Assembly (NCBI GenBank): GCA_038215215.1
Contig: JBBQRC010000001.1
Span: 1-39,288 of the forward strand
Direction: 5' to 3'
Length of the DNA: 39,288 nt
Source: Pirellulales bacterium
GTDB lineage: Bacteria > Planctomycetota > Planctomycetia > Pirellulales > Pirellulaceae
This document shows positions 1 through 9,475 of this stretch, piece by piece. The position numbers and the translations under genes are program-made. Position 1 is the stretch's first letter. Each line of letters begins with the position of its first letter. Under the pieces are notes generated by a model that saw nothing but the letters and a program-made list of their open reading frames with translations, was not told the origin of the DNA and ran no database searches.

Positions 1-773
1 AGACTGGCATGCCAAATGTCGCCCTGGCAGCCGCCGCTCCCCAAGCCCCGCTGACCAGCACCAATCCGATCGCGACCGGCAAGATGGTCAGCAACCCGTA
101 TTTCGCAGCGGAAGAGGCAGCGTATTGCAGTCCGGATGGCCAATGTTACACGGCTGCTGGACAACCGATTACAGCCAAGGCGTCCGACGCAGCCATGCCT
201 AAGCCGGCGGCAAACGGTAGCCTGCTCGCTTGCCCCTCATTGCCACATCAGCCGCCGACAATCCCGACGCTGTCAAGCAGTCCCGCGAACCCCGCTGCTT
301 CAGGTGCCATCGCGCCGACCTTCCAGCCCAAAACCCACTCACTGGTAAGCCAATCCACTGTGGTCAACGAACCTACCGTAGCCGATGGCCTGGGCGCCGC
401 CGCAAGTTCTGCCGAAGCTCCTGCCATTGAAGGCTACTGCCCAATTGCCCTCAACTCCACCGGAAGTTGGGTACCAGGGGATAAAACGTTCGCCGTGCAA
501 CATCGCGGTCGAGTCTACTGGCTACAAAGCGAAGCGGCTGTTCAGCAATTCATCGCGGCCCCAGATCGCTACAGTCCAGTGCTTTCCGGTTACGATCCCA
601 TGATCTTCTTAGAGCAAGGAAAATTGGTCGAAGGTTCGCTCCAATACGGGCTGCATGACAGCGTCAGCGGGGGCGTACTATTTTTCTCAACGGCTGAGTC
701 CAAGCAAGCCTTTGAAGCTGAACCTGACCGCAATGCAAGAGCGCTCAGCTACCTCTTGCAAGCGGCTCGATAA
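1..773 (+). CDS. C-terminal part of a Planctomycete protein with a Pro/Ala-rich linker and YHS-like domain(s); probably 5'-truncated by the window edge
   Basis: The frame is open to the left edge (first ATG at 9). A low-complexity linker is followed by GYCPIAL...WVPGD...HRGRVYWL...FIAAPDRYSPVLSGYDP, a YHS-like pattern that recurs in FFSTAESKQAFEAEPDR. Confidence 0.6.
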   Translation, partial: TGMPNVALAAAAPQAPLTSTNPIATGKMVSNPYFAAEEAAYCSPDGQCYTAAGQPITAKASDAAMPKPAANGSLLACPSLPHQPPTIPTLSSSPANPAASGAIAPTFQPKTHSLVSQSTVVNEPTVADGLGAAASSAEAPAIEGYCPIALNSTGSWVPGDKTFAVQHRGRVYWLQSEAAVQQFIAAPDRYSPVLSGYDPMIFLEQGKLVEGSLQYGLHDSVSGGVLFFSTAESKQAFEAEPDRNARALSYLLQAAR

Positions 774-874
774 TTCGCCCAAGTTCGAAATCGGCATGGC
801 GTCAAAGTCGATATCGCGGCGACGCAGGCTACAACCAGCCAAACGTGCCGCCATGGCTCAACACCACGGGACGT

Positions 875-1447
875 TCAGTCAAGTGGTACGAGGTGTTTGG
901 GGTCAACGATCCAGCCTCGGCATGAGGGTGCTTTGCACTGGCAACGAATAGCAAAGCTGGCTGGCCAATTGTAGTCAATTGATAACTCGTCGCCGCTCTC
1001 AATATCGCAAATGGCGAACAGCAGCAATTTGCGAGGACAACTAGTCGAAGACTGGCTCTGCGGGTGCGGCGACAGGGATTCAGAGGCCGGCGAAATCTCG
1101 ATCAACTCAAAAGCGCAATTCGGTTCGCAGGAATGATTTACGAATCGAAAAGGTGGCGCAGGTTCTAATTGGCCGCCACCTTCGAGGTCAAACGAGTAGC
1201 GACTCTCGTAATTGTCGTCGAGAATGACCTGCCCTTCAATTTCACCGACGCACGTTCCATCGACGATTCTGCGCGTGGCAAAAACCCCCTTGCCAACTGT
1301 GGTTTTGCCAATGCGCAATCCTCGGCGGGCAAGCTGCTGGGCTGCGTTATGCTGTACGGCTTTCTTTTCCGGTGGTGTTCGAGCATAGCGATGAGCATCT
1401 TCATCGCGCGAGGTCCGTTGCGTTCTCGATCGGGGAAGGCTGCGCAC
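875..1447 (-). CDS. SET domain protein-lysine methyltransferase with post-SET Cys motif
   Basis: Motifs GKGVFA, RFVNHSCEPNC, GDELSIDY and post-SET CQCKAPSC. Start placed at GTG 1447 because of an upstream AGAGG; the ORF extends to 1513. Confidence 0.9.
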   Translation of the reverse strand: MRSLPRSRTQRTSRDEDAHRYARTPPEKKAVQHNAAQQLARRGLRIGKTTVGKGVFATRRIVDGTCVGEIEGQVILDDNYESRYSFDLEGGGQLEPAPPFRFVNHSCEPNCAFELIEISPASESLSPHPQSQSSTSCPRKLLLFAICDIESGDELSIDYNWPASFAIRCQCKAPSCRGWIVDPKHLVPLD

Positions 1448-1605
1448 TAAAACCTCTTTAACAAAAAGTTTCCTAGCAAAATGAAATCGAGCGCCATGGA
1501 TTCCGTGATCCATAGCGCTCGATCCTTATTTTCAGCAGTACAGATCGACAGGGATCGATCTACCTGTGGTCAACCATGCTATGGCAACAAGCAACGTGTG
1601 GTGGA

Positions 1606-1998
1606 CTACCAGCGATCGCGACCACCACCACCACCACCACCACCACCACCACCGCCGCCGCCGCCACTCCGGCCGCCGCCGCCGCCGCCGCCACTCCGGC
1701 CACCTCCACCTCCACCACCGTAACCGCCACCGCCACCGCCAGAACGCTCTTCGCGTGGACGAGCTTCATTGACTTGGAGGCTACGCCCATCATGATCTCT
1801 ACCGTTGAGTGCATTGATGGCTGCTGTGGCTTCTTGTTCGGTCGACATTTCGACGAATCCAAAGCCCTTACTGCGTCCAGTATCGCGATCCTCGATGACC
1901 TGCGCGCTAACAACATTTCCGAACTCAGTAAACATCTCCTCGAGCTGTGCTGATCGCACGTTGTAGCTGAGGTTACCGCAATACAGTTTCTTACCCAT
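1606..1998 (-). CDS. RNA-binding protein (single RRM) with Gly-rich tail
   Basis: RNP2 KLYCGNL and RNP1 KGFGFVEM, then VNEARPRE and poly-Gly. Start at MGKKLY (ATG 1998). Confidence 0.95.
   Translation of the reverse strand: MGKKLYCGNLSYNVRSAQLEEMFTEFGNVVSAQVIEDRDTGRSKGFGFVEMSTEQEATAAINALNGRDHDGRSLQVNEARPREERSGGGGGGYGGGGGGGRSGGGGGGGRSGGGGGGGGGGGGGGGRDRW
1621..1740. repeat. (CCA/CCG)n trinucleotide low-complexity tract encoding poly-Gly on the minus strand
   Basis: accaccacc... and gccgccgcc... runs, with two copies of ccgccgccgccactccggcc. Confidence 0.95.
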
Positions 1999-2302
1999 TA
2001 TCAAACTCCGAAACACATCCCGTAATTGCTATTCAGAATCAACAGATCACCGGGACCGAATCGAGCTGTTGATACTCTCGAACCCCTAACCGGAAAGATA
2101 AAAGGTCCGAATTTTAGATTAAAATTCTTGGTTTAAGCCAGCCTCGCTGAGGAGGTGCTTTATTCAGCTCACTCAATCGGTTTTGAAAGATTTTGGAGGC
2201 TCAGAAGCCCGCCGAGGTGGTCCGCATATCTCCATGTCGGAGTTAAATGACGCGGCGTGGGCGTACTCTCCGGACGGTTTAGCAATAGCTACTTAGTGTT
2301 GA

Positions 2303-2331
2303 ACTATAACACTACCCCAAGCTTGGGTCAA
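2303..2331 (-). promoter_or_regulatory. Sigma-70-type promoter upstream of the RRM gene
   Basis: Minus strand reads TTGACC (2331-2326), 17 bp spacer, TATAGT (2308-2303), with an extended -10 TG. Confidence 0.7.
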
Positions 2332-2448
2332 ACTGAGTTTCCGGCAAAAAGAAACGATTCAAGAAATTTTGTTTAAGCGGTCTTTCCGGCCCATTTACAC
2401 AGGATGCAGAGGCCAATTCGATGCGGGCGAGCCTGCAGCCTGCGAGCG

Positions 2449-3477
2449 TTACGGAGTCCAACCATGCACGATGAAGTAGTTGCCCATTTTGGCGATGCTG
2501 ACCGAGTCCAACTTCGGGTCGAGATAATCGGCAAACCAATTCGGTTGCTTGGTCACGATGAGCAGTGAACCACCGGGACGCATTACCGAGATGCATGAAT
2601 CAGCGAAGTGTTGCCAAATTCGCTCGTCACCAAAATAAGGCGGATTGGCCAACGCCACATCGATCGCCACCGGCAAACCGAGTTTTCCGTCGGCATTCCA
2701 GGTAGCCTGGACGTTGGAAAAACCATTTAAAGCCGCTCCCCGCTGCAAACATTCTATGGCTCGTGCATTGGCGTCGACCCCAAAGACTCGACCGGTCGTC
2801 TGACCTGCACAGGCAAGTGCTACGGCGCCACTGCCGCACCCAAAGTCCAAGACATTGTCGCTGGGGGCGACCTCGGCACATTTGAGCAATTGCCGAGCCC
2901 CATCATCAAGCTTACGGTGCGCAAAAACACCTGGGCGACTGTAGGCTTTGATGAGCTGATCGTCGTGTTTGAATTCGAACTGGCACGAAAAATCTCGCAA
3001 TCGTTTGAGTGGCCTCGTTTTTTTCCCCCAATAAGCCCGACCGTGCGGATGTTGCTGACAGGTGACTTTGTCGAACAGCGGCTTCATTTGCTCATGCAGC
3101 CAAGTGTCGCGAGGGTTGTCCACCGACACCACCAGGCAGCCTCCCAGCTTCAGTCTCTGATGAGCCTGCTGCATCAGTTCACGCGTCAATTCCGCTTCGC
3201 CACTCTTGAGTACCGGCATCACGATCACATCGTAAACATCCTCTGGCAGATCGCTGGAACATTGGAAGTGGAGTGGCCTGCCTGCTTCGAGGGCTGACAT
3301 TTTCGCCTCGGACATCTCGTACAAATCACCATACCAGGCCTGCACATCTCCCTGCGGATATTTGCTGAGCAGGTACCAGCCAGCTTGTGCCCGCCCCGGG
3401 GAGATGACGAGAAATTTTTCGCCGGTCCAGTCCGGGAGCAAGTCAATCAGTATTTGTTCGCTCAGCAACGGGCGCAT
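2449..3477 (-). CDS. Class I SAM-dependent methyltransferase, RsmC/RlmG (MTS) family
   Basis: SRPGVFAHRKLDDGA, VLDFGCGSG and NPPY motifs; two-domain RsmC-like length. Confidence 0.85.
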   Translation of the reverse strand: MRPLLSEQILIDLLPDWTGEKFLVISPGRAQAGWYLLSKYPQGDVQAWYGDLYEMSEAKMSALEAGRPLHFQCSSDLPEDVYDVIVMPVLKSGEAELTRELMQQAHQRLKLGGCLVVSVDNPRDTWLHEQMKPLFDKVTCQQHPHGRAYWGKKTRPLKRLRDFSCQFEFKHDDQLIKAYSRPGVFAHRKLDDGARQLLKCAEVAPSDNVLDFGCGSGAVALACAGQTTGRVFGVDANARAIECLQRGAALNGFSNVQATWNADGKLGLPVAIDVALANPPYFGDERIWQHFADSCISVMRPGGSLLIVTKQPNWFADYLDPKLDSVSIAKMGNYFIVHGWTP

Positions 3478-3713
3478 TCTTGACCTTCGATTAGCATGAT
3501 TGGATACACGGCGGCGCAGCCTAACTAGGCCATCATCCAGACTGAGGATGTGGGGTCAAGACCTAGTAGCTTCGCGACCAGTCGCCTTAAGTCCAACGAG
3601 TCGTTAAATTTACCGTTGTTAAAAAATCGACTGGGCGAAAGCCGTTGAAACTGTTTTACGCGAATATTCCCTTCCGCCATCCAATGTCCACCTTGTAACA
3701 CTGGAATAACCTT

Positions 3714-4244
3714 GTGAAGACCTTGCTGACTGAACAGCAACTGCAGGCGGGCGTCGACGCCATGGCGGCACAGATTTCCAGCCGCTATGGCGAGCGACCG
3801 CTGACGATCGTGGCAGTCATGACCGGCAGTTTGGTCCTGATCGCGGATCTCATCCGCCGTCTGACCATGCCAGTAAGGGTGAGCCTGATTCAGGCCAGTA
3901 GCTATCGAGGTGGGCTGGCCTCTGGGGAGTTATGGATACGCGATGACATGATGTTGGACGTCAGGGAACGTGAAGTCATCGTGGTTGACGATATCTTTGA
4001 CACCGGTAAAACACTGCAAGAGATCACCCGTCGCATCCAGTTAATGAAGCCCAAAAACCTCGCCAGTGCCGTTTTGCTGTATAAAGCGGGTCGGCAGCAA
4101 GTTGCTTTTAAGCCCGATTTTGTAGCTTTTGAAATTCCCGATGAATTTGTTGTTGGCTACGGATTAGACTATCAAGATCTGTATCGCAACTTGCCTTTTT
4201 TGGCAGTCCTTGAGCCAGCGGAAATAGAGGCCGAATTCGTATGA
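3714..4244 (+). CDS. hpt: Hypoxanthine phosphoribosyltransferase
   Basis: PRPP-binding motif VIVVDDIFDTGKTL, ASSY loop and FEIPDEFVVGYGLDY...YRNLP. Confidence 0.95.
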   Translation: MKTLLTEQQLQAGVDAMAAQISSRYGERPLTIVAVMTGSLVLIADLIRRLTMPVRVSLIQASSYRGGLASGELWIRDDMMLDVREREVIVVDDIFDTGKTLQEITRRIQLMKPKNLASAVLLYKAGRQQVAFKPDFVAFEIPDEFVVGYGLDYQDLYRNLPFLAVLEPAEIEAEFV

Positions 4245-5431
4245 CCGGAGCGCCGCGAGTTCTGATCGTGTCGCGTCGTTTTTGGCCCATCTGCTCGGAC
4301 AGTACCCAGCGGTTGTTGAGCTGGGCCAGTGCATTGGCTACGCATTGTTCACGTGTCAGTGTTCTGAGTGCGCGGTGGCACAATAGCTGGTCACCGCGAA
4401 TCGATGTCCGCGAAATGGAGGTGCATCGCATTGAGTTAGCCCCGCTCAACCCACTGCGTACCGCGCGCTACACCCGCGCGTTGGTGGAGTGGGTAAGCAA
4501 CCATATTTCTGAATTTGATGTCATCTATTGCGATGCGGCCGAGCTGGAAGCCCAGGCGATTCTCAGTCAAGTGAAAAATCTGCAACGTCCGCCCGTCATC
4601 GTGCGTTTTGATCCGCTGGAGCTGGCGCTCGGCAACGAGGTGCGATGGCAACCCAGTGCACTGACTTTGGAGGCGTGTCGCCGCGCAGACTATGTGATTG
4701 CGCCGCGTGCCGATGCGTTGCAGCGATTAAAAGCGGCGGGGATTTTAGATCACAAAATCGTTCGCATCTCCGATGCTCAAACCGCTGTGACACGCACCGA
4801 AGCAGTTCGCTCCGCTGCCCGCAAGGCACTCGCCGACATCAACCATGATTTGTTTGTGCGAGGTACAGATCGGGTGGTCGTCTGCCCCGGCGAATTGACA
4901 CAGCGAGGGGGGGTCGAATTGCTGATCCGCGCTATCGGCCCACTTGTGCAAGACAATCGCGGGTTGCGCGTCTGGTTGCTCGGGGATAGCTCCGAACGTG
5001 CCCGGCTTTATGAACAACTACGCTACAACGGTTGGCACAATCTGATTGCCATGCCAGGTGCTTTCGAGGACTTGGAAGAAGTGCTAAGGGTGGCGGATCT
5101 GTGTGTCATTCCCGCCCGCGGACAGGGGCTGGGCTGGCTCCTGCCCAAGTGCGTCACCAGCTTCATTCCGTTACTGGTGGCGGACGGCGTTGAACTCCAA
5201 AGTTTCTTCGCTGTGGAACCCCATTCACCACTTGTTTTTCGCGACGGGAGTGTTGAAAACTTACGTGAAAAATTGATACGTTGGCTTAATGAACCGCAGG
5301 CGTTGCGACATGCCTCAGCTCAAGCGCGGCAACAAATGATGGGGCTGGCGTTCAGTGGATCTTGGGAATCGTTGCTTGCCAGCTGCACGAACAAGTCGCC
5401 CGCCCGCAGCTCATGCTACTACACCGAATGA
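4241..5431 (+). CDS. GT-B fold glycosyltransferase family 4-like protein with degenerate motif
   Basis: RVLIVSRRFWP N-terminus, LWLLGD-type strand (VWLLGDSSER) and VLRVADLCVIP. ATGA overlap with the hpt stop. Confidence 0.75.
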   Translation: MTGAPRVLIVSRRFWPICSDSTQRLLSWASALATHCSRVSVLSARWHNSWSPRIDVREMEVHRIELAPLNPLRTARYTRALVEWVSNHISEFDVIYCDAAELEAQAILSQVKNLQRPPVIVRFDPLELALGNEVRWQPSALTLEACRRADYVIAPRADALQRLKAAGILDHKIVRISDAQTAVTRTEAVRSAARKALADINHDLFVRGTDRVVVCPGELTQRGGVELLIRAIGPLVQDNRGLRVWLLGDSSERARLYEQLRYNGWHNLIAMPGAFEDLEEVLRVADLCVIPARGQGLGWLLPKCVTSFIPLLVADGVELQSFFAVEPHSPLVFRDGSVENLREKLIRWLNEPQALRHASAQARQQMMGLAFSGSWESLLASCTNKSPARSSCYYTE

Positions 5432-6549
5432 AGGCGGCCATGCGTCTGAAAATATGCCAAATTATCCCCACGCTTGTCCAAGGTGGCGCCGAGAAGCAAC
5501 TCGCCCTGCTCGCCGCAGGCTTAGATCGCGATCAATTCGAATGTCATGTGGTGGTCTTAACCCACTCAGGGCCATACGAGTCCATCTTGCGCGATCAGGG
5601 CATCGCGGTTCACCTGATTGGCAAACGCGGGAAACTCGATCCCACCGCCTACCTGCGACTTGTTCGCAAGCTCAAGGAACTCAAACCCGACATCGTGCAA
5701 ACGTGGTTGTTTGCAGGAAACAGTTACGGACGAGTGGCTGCACGGCATGCCCAGGTACCGATCATCATCGCCAGCGAGCGGTCTGTGGATCCCTGGAAGC
5801 AATGGTGGAATTTTGCCATTGATCGTCGTCTCCACAAGTTCACTGATACGATCGTCACCAACACCTCTGCGATCCCCGCTTTCTATGCCCAACATGGAAT
5901 TCCAGCCGGGGATTTCACGGTTATCCCCAACGCCGTGACCATTCCTGATGTGCCCTCGCTAACGCGCCGCGAGGTCTTTGATCGCTTGCAACTGCCGCCG
6001 CGCAGTCTGTTGGTCGGAGCCGTCGGTCGCCTATGGAAGCAGAAGGGATATCGCGATCTCATTTGGTCTGGCGAATTGCTACGCGTGTCATTGCGTGATG
6101 TCTGCGTGGTGATCGTAGGCGACGGCCCGGATCGCGACATGTTACTGAAATATCGCGACCAAATTGGTGGCGATGAAGCGGTGCGGATGGTTGGGCATCG
6201 CGACGACGCTTTGCAACTCATGACGGGTTTTGACGTGTTGTGGAACAGCAGTTTGTATGAAGGCCAGAGCAACAGCGTGCTGGAAGCGATGGCGCTAGGA
6301 ATACCCGTTATCGCCAGCGACATCCCTGGAAATCGCGATTTGGTCGTCCACAATGAAAGCGGCTTATTGTTTCCCTTGGGGGACGCCGGCACACTGACCC
6401 GAATCACCGACCAATTGCTGCGCCAGCCCGATCGTCGCGCCGCCATGGGGCAAGCCGCCAAGCAACGCATCGCGGAGCATTTCTCTTTGGCCAAAATGAT
6501 CGCCGCTTACGAACGCCTGTACCTGGAATTGAATCAACATCACAATTAA
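5428..6549 (+). CDS. Glycosyltransferase family 4
   Basis: GGAEKQL, VGRLWKQKG and SLYEGQSNSVLEAMALGIPVIASDIPGNRDLV. Start is ATG 5428 (ATGA overlap) or 5440. Confidence 0.93.
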   Translation: MKAAMRLKICQIIPTLVQGGAEKQLALLAAGLDRDQFECHVVVLTHSGPYESILRDQGIAVHLIGKRGKLDPTAYLRLVRKLKELKPDIVQTWLFAGNSYGRVAARHAQVPIIIASERSVDPWKQWWNFAIDRRLHKFTDTIVTNTSAIPAFYAQHGIPAGDFTVIPNAVTIPDVPSLTRREVFDRLQLPPRSLLVGAVGRLWKQKGYRDLIWSGELLRVSLRDVCVVIVGDGPDRDMLLKYRDQIGGDEAVRMVGHRDDALQLMTGFDVLWNSSLYEGQSNSVLEAMALGIPVIASDIPGNRDLVVHNESGLLFPLGDAGTLTRITDQLLRQPDRRAAMGQAAKQRIAEHFSLAKMIAAYERLYLELNQHHN

Positions 6550-6575
6550 ACCAACCGTGGTCGCGTGAGCGGGAC

Positions 6576-7445
6576 TTACAGAATTCCGGACGCCAACTTG
6601 CGGGCTTTGGTCGCCCACCTCCGCAGTGTTCGCGAATTCTTGTGTGCCAATCCTGTCCAAAAGCGACTGTTACGCCATCTGGGCACCAGTTGCACCTGGG
6701 GCGTAATCCAATTTTTGGCCGCAATTCTGGCTTGCATGAATTGCGGATGCGATCCAGCAAACGGTTCGCAGGTACTCAAGTCCCATTGGTAGTCTTCCGC
6801 TTGAAGCTCTTCGCCCGGGACGACTTGGCGCCCATCGTACAGGCTGAGAAAGTAATCCATCTTGGCCGCCATGTGACTGGGTGGCTTTACGTAACCGTAA
6901 TGATAGACCCATGCGCCCGTCGAAAGTGAATTGAGTTTGCGATCACCTAGTTTAAAGCCGCAGGCATCTCCAAAGGAACGCACGCCGATCCCTGGTCTCA
7001 CCACACGCACCTGACGCCGATAGGGTAGGGGGTCACGGATCGCATAATCTGCGCGGAAGTGATGGTAACGAAAGCCTAATCCCTCGACTTGACGGCGGGA
7101 GAGGTTGCTCCGCATGGCGTGCTGGATGCGTTCGTAATCTTGCTCGTGCAGCACCTCGTCGGCTTGCAAATAGAAACACCAGTCCCCTTGGCAGGCTTCG
7201 AGCGCGAGGTTCGTTTGTGCTGCCAGCACTTGGCCCCCTTGTCGCAATTGTTCGTCCCAAACGGTGTCGATGATACGCAATTTGGGACTATCAATACTCA
7301 GCACCAGTGCCCGAGTCTCGTCCGCGCTATCGCCGACGGCGACTACCATCTCATCCACCAGTGGCAACAGCGAACGAATGCTCTCTACGATTGGATAATC
7401 GTAACGCACGGCGTTGCGGACGATGGTAAAGCCTGACACAAACAT
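6576..7445 (-). CDS. Glycosyltransferase family 2
   Basis: MFVSGFTIVRNA start, DWCFYLQADE (DxD-equivalent position) and VYHYGYVK. Start set to ATG 7445 to avoid overlap with the upstream gene. Confidence 0.88.
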   Translation of the reverse strand: MFVSGFTIVRNAVRYDYPIVESIRSLLPLVDEMVVAVGDSADETRALVLSIDSPKLRIIDTVWDEQLRQGGQVLAAQTNLALEACQGDWCFYLQADEVLHEQDYERIQHAMRSNLSRRQVEGLGFRYHHFRADYAIRDPLPYRRQVRVVRPGIGVRSFGDACGFKLGDRKLNSLSTGAWVYHYGYVKPPSHMAAKMDYFLSLYDGRQVVPGEELQAEDYQWDLSTCEPFAGSHPQFMQARIAAKNWITPQVQLVPRWRNSRFWTGLAHKNSRTLRRWATKARKLASGIL

Positions 7446-7497
7446 GGGCAACTGTGCTTGCAGTGTGAGGGGTGACAAAGCGGTAAATAGCGGCAGA

Positions 7498-8598
7498 TTA
7501 AGCGGCCAGTGCGACCCGAACGGCTGCGCACAGTGCCTGGTAAACTTGCGCAACTTCAATTTTTTGCATGCAATCGCCATGTTGTAGCGGACATGATTTG
7601 GCGTAGCAGGGGCGGCAATTGAGTTGCATGCTTAACATCGTCTCAGGCACATTGTAGGTTAGCGTGCCTGCAGGTGATGTTGGGCCAAAGAGACTAATGA
7701 CTGAGCGATTCAAGGCGACCGCAATGTGTCTTGGGCCACTGTCGGTCGAAACCACGGCGTCCGCCTTCGCGAGGACCGCTTTGGTCAAGCCAATGGGCAA
7801 TTGCTGGGCCATGCCCATACTGGCGACCAAGGGATGATTGACTTCGGCTACCAATGCATTCGCCAGCTCACGTTCTGCGGGACCGCAGTGCAACAGTACT
7901 TGCATTGACTGCTGGTCGGCGATTTGATACGCCAACGCCTTGACTTTTTCGGCTGGCCACAGTCGGGCTGGCTCAGTCGCGGAATTGCTATTGATCACGA
8001 CCGTCGGCCGCTCCGCATCAAAGCCAACTTGTTGCCACAGCGATTCTCCCAACGACGCTTCTGCGGCGGTGACCGCCAACTGCACGCGTCGATCGCTGGC
8101 CGAGCAGCCTATGTGCACCGCGATTTTCAGATAATAATCGATGGCCGGCATTAGCGGCGGCTGCTTCGCTCCAGCGAGCTGCGGCATGGCGACTTTGTCC
8201 GTCAACAACCAGCCGCGGGCATCGCGATCGTAGCCGACGAGCCGACCGATTCCCGCCATTTTGGATACCGCAGCGGTCCACATTGAATTGGTCAGTAGCA
8301 CCATCGCATCCAGTTTGGCCCGGCGTAGCTCGCCGACCAAACCCCAACGACTTGGCAAGCCAGCGGTGCGCTGCTTGCTAAACGCAACGGATTCATCGAA
8401 GTAAGCCGTACCGGTGAGCAGATCACGAATGACCGGACGCATCACTCCAATCAGGTTTGCATCCGCAAAGCCGGTGCGTAACGCGCGCAAAGTGGGGGTC
8501 GCCATCACCGCGTCCCCAACCCAAGTCGGCATGAACACACCGATCCGATATTTTTTTTGTCCCACGCGTTGTCTCCTCGACGCCTTTTTTTGCAGCAT
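7498..8598 (-). CDS. waaF: Lipopolysaccharide heptosyltransferase II-like glycosyltransferase (GT9)
   Basis: PTWVGDAVMATP, STDSGPRHIAVAL, SLFGPT and the C-terminal CRPC...CPLQHGDCM pattern. Confidence 0.85.
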   Translation of the reverse strand: MLQKKASRRQRVGQKKYRIGVFMPTWVGDAVMATPTLRALRTGFADANLIGVMRPVIRDLLTGTAYFDESVAFSKQRTAGLPSRWGLVGELRRAKLDAMVLLTNSMWTAAVSKMAGIGRLVGYDRDARGWLLTDKVAMPQLAGAKQPPLMPAIDYYLKIAVHIGCSASDRRVQLAVTAAEASLGESLWQQVGFDAERPTVVINSNSATEPARLWPAEKVKALAYQIADQQSMQVLLHCGPAERELANALVAEVNHPLVASMGMAQQLPIGLTKAVLAKADAVVSTDSGPRHIAVALNRSVISLFGPTSPAGTLTYNVPETMLSMQLNCRPCYAKSCPLQHGDCMQKIEVAQVYQALCAAVRVALAA

Positions 8599-8650
8599 AC
8601 GAGTTTACAGGGGTTAGTTACAAGAGCGTTTCCGCCGGAGTTTCGCTTGA

Positions 8651-9232
8651 TCACCGACCGTTTATCGATTTGCCGACGCGAGTCAATGAGAGGCCATCGC
8701 GGGAGTCGTAACGCATGTAAAGCGCATGACGCGAGGCATGCCGCCGCATGATGCTGCGGTAAATCGCGTGTTCGTCGGGCCAAGGAAAGGCGTACACCAA
8801 ATCAAAATCGCGGAGCTGCATGTCGAGCTCTTCGTACGCTGGAGTGGCTGTCGTCAACGTGCGAATGAATTCTTCACCGGCCGCGTAGTCCTCCTCGTAG
8901 TCGGCTGGAATGAAGGAACCAACCACAAACCGCGGATTGGCTCGGTACTTGTCCGCCAAACCTTCCGCCAGCCTCACCAAATCTGCTTCCGCTTCGATGC
9001 CGTACGCGTCAAAGCCGAGGCGGTCCGCCATAATGGTCATGACCCCCAAGCCCGAACCCCACTCCAGTACCGTATTGACACGCCCTCGCAGTTTACAAAG
9101 CTGATCGAAGATGGCTTGGTAATTTGCACTCACGTACAGTGCGTATTCAGGTCGACTTTGGTTCGTTTCCCAAATCGCATCCGCTTCAGCCCAAAGATCC
9201 TGAAAGGAGGCGAGTAATTCATGGTCAGTCAA
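8651..9232 (-). CDS. Class I SAM-dependent methyltransferase, substrate unknown
   Basis: Motif I VLEWGSGLG, acidic YGIE and FDLVYAFPWP. Confidence 0.8.
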   Translation of the reverse strand: MTDHELLASFQDLWAEADAIWETNQSRPEYALYVSANYQAIFDQLCKLRGRVNTVLEWGSGLGVMTIMADRLGFDAYGIEAEADLVRLAEGLADKYRANPRFVVGSFIPADYEEDYAAGEEFIRTLTTATPAYEELDMQLRDFDLVYAFPWPDEHAIYRSIMRRHASRHALYMRYDSRDGLSLTRVGKSINGR

Positions 9233-9475
9233 CAGAAGCGCTTTGCAATGAGGTAATCCTAGTACCGAACGCCGACAATACCGCTAATTGTACGAGTTTA
9301 CGAGACGATTTGGTCATTGACGTGCACGCTGGGGACATGTAAGTGCGGAATCCCGGGTCATTTCCAGGGTTCCGCTTGGGATAATCGGCCCGGCGGTGTA
9401 TCTCCAAGCGAATCGCCCTTTACAATCAAGCTAACAAGGCTTGTTGAAATCCCTCCGTAAAGGTACCGCTCAATC

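Noticed and set aside
1481-1953. Poly-Pro, poly-His/Arg, poly-Thr/Ala and poly-Val ORFs
   Set aside because: They are alternative-frame shadows of the poly-Gly codons of the RRM gene.
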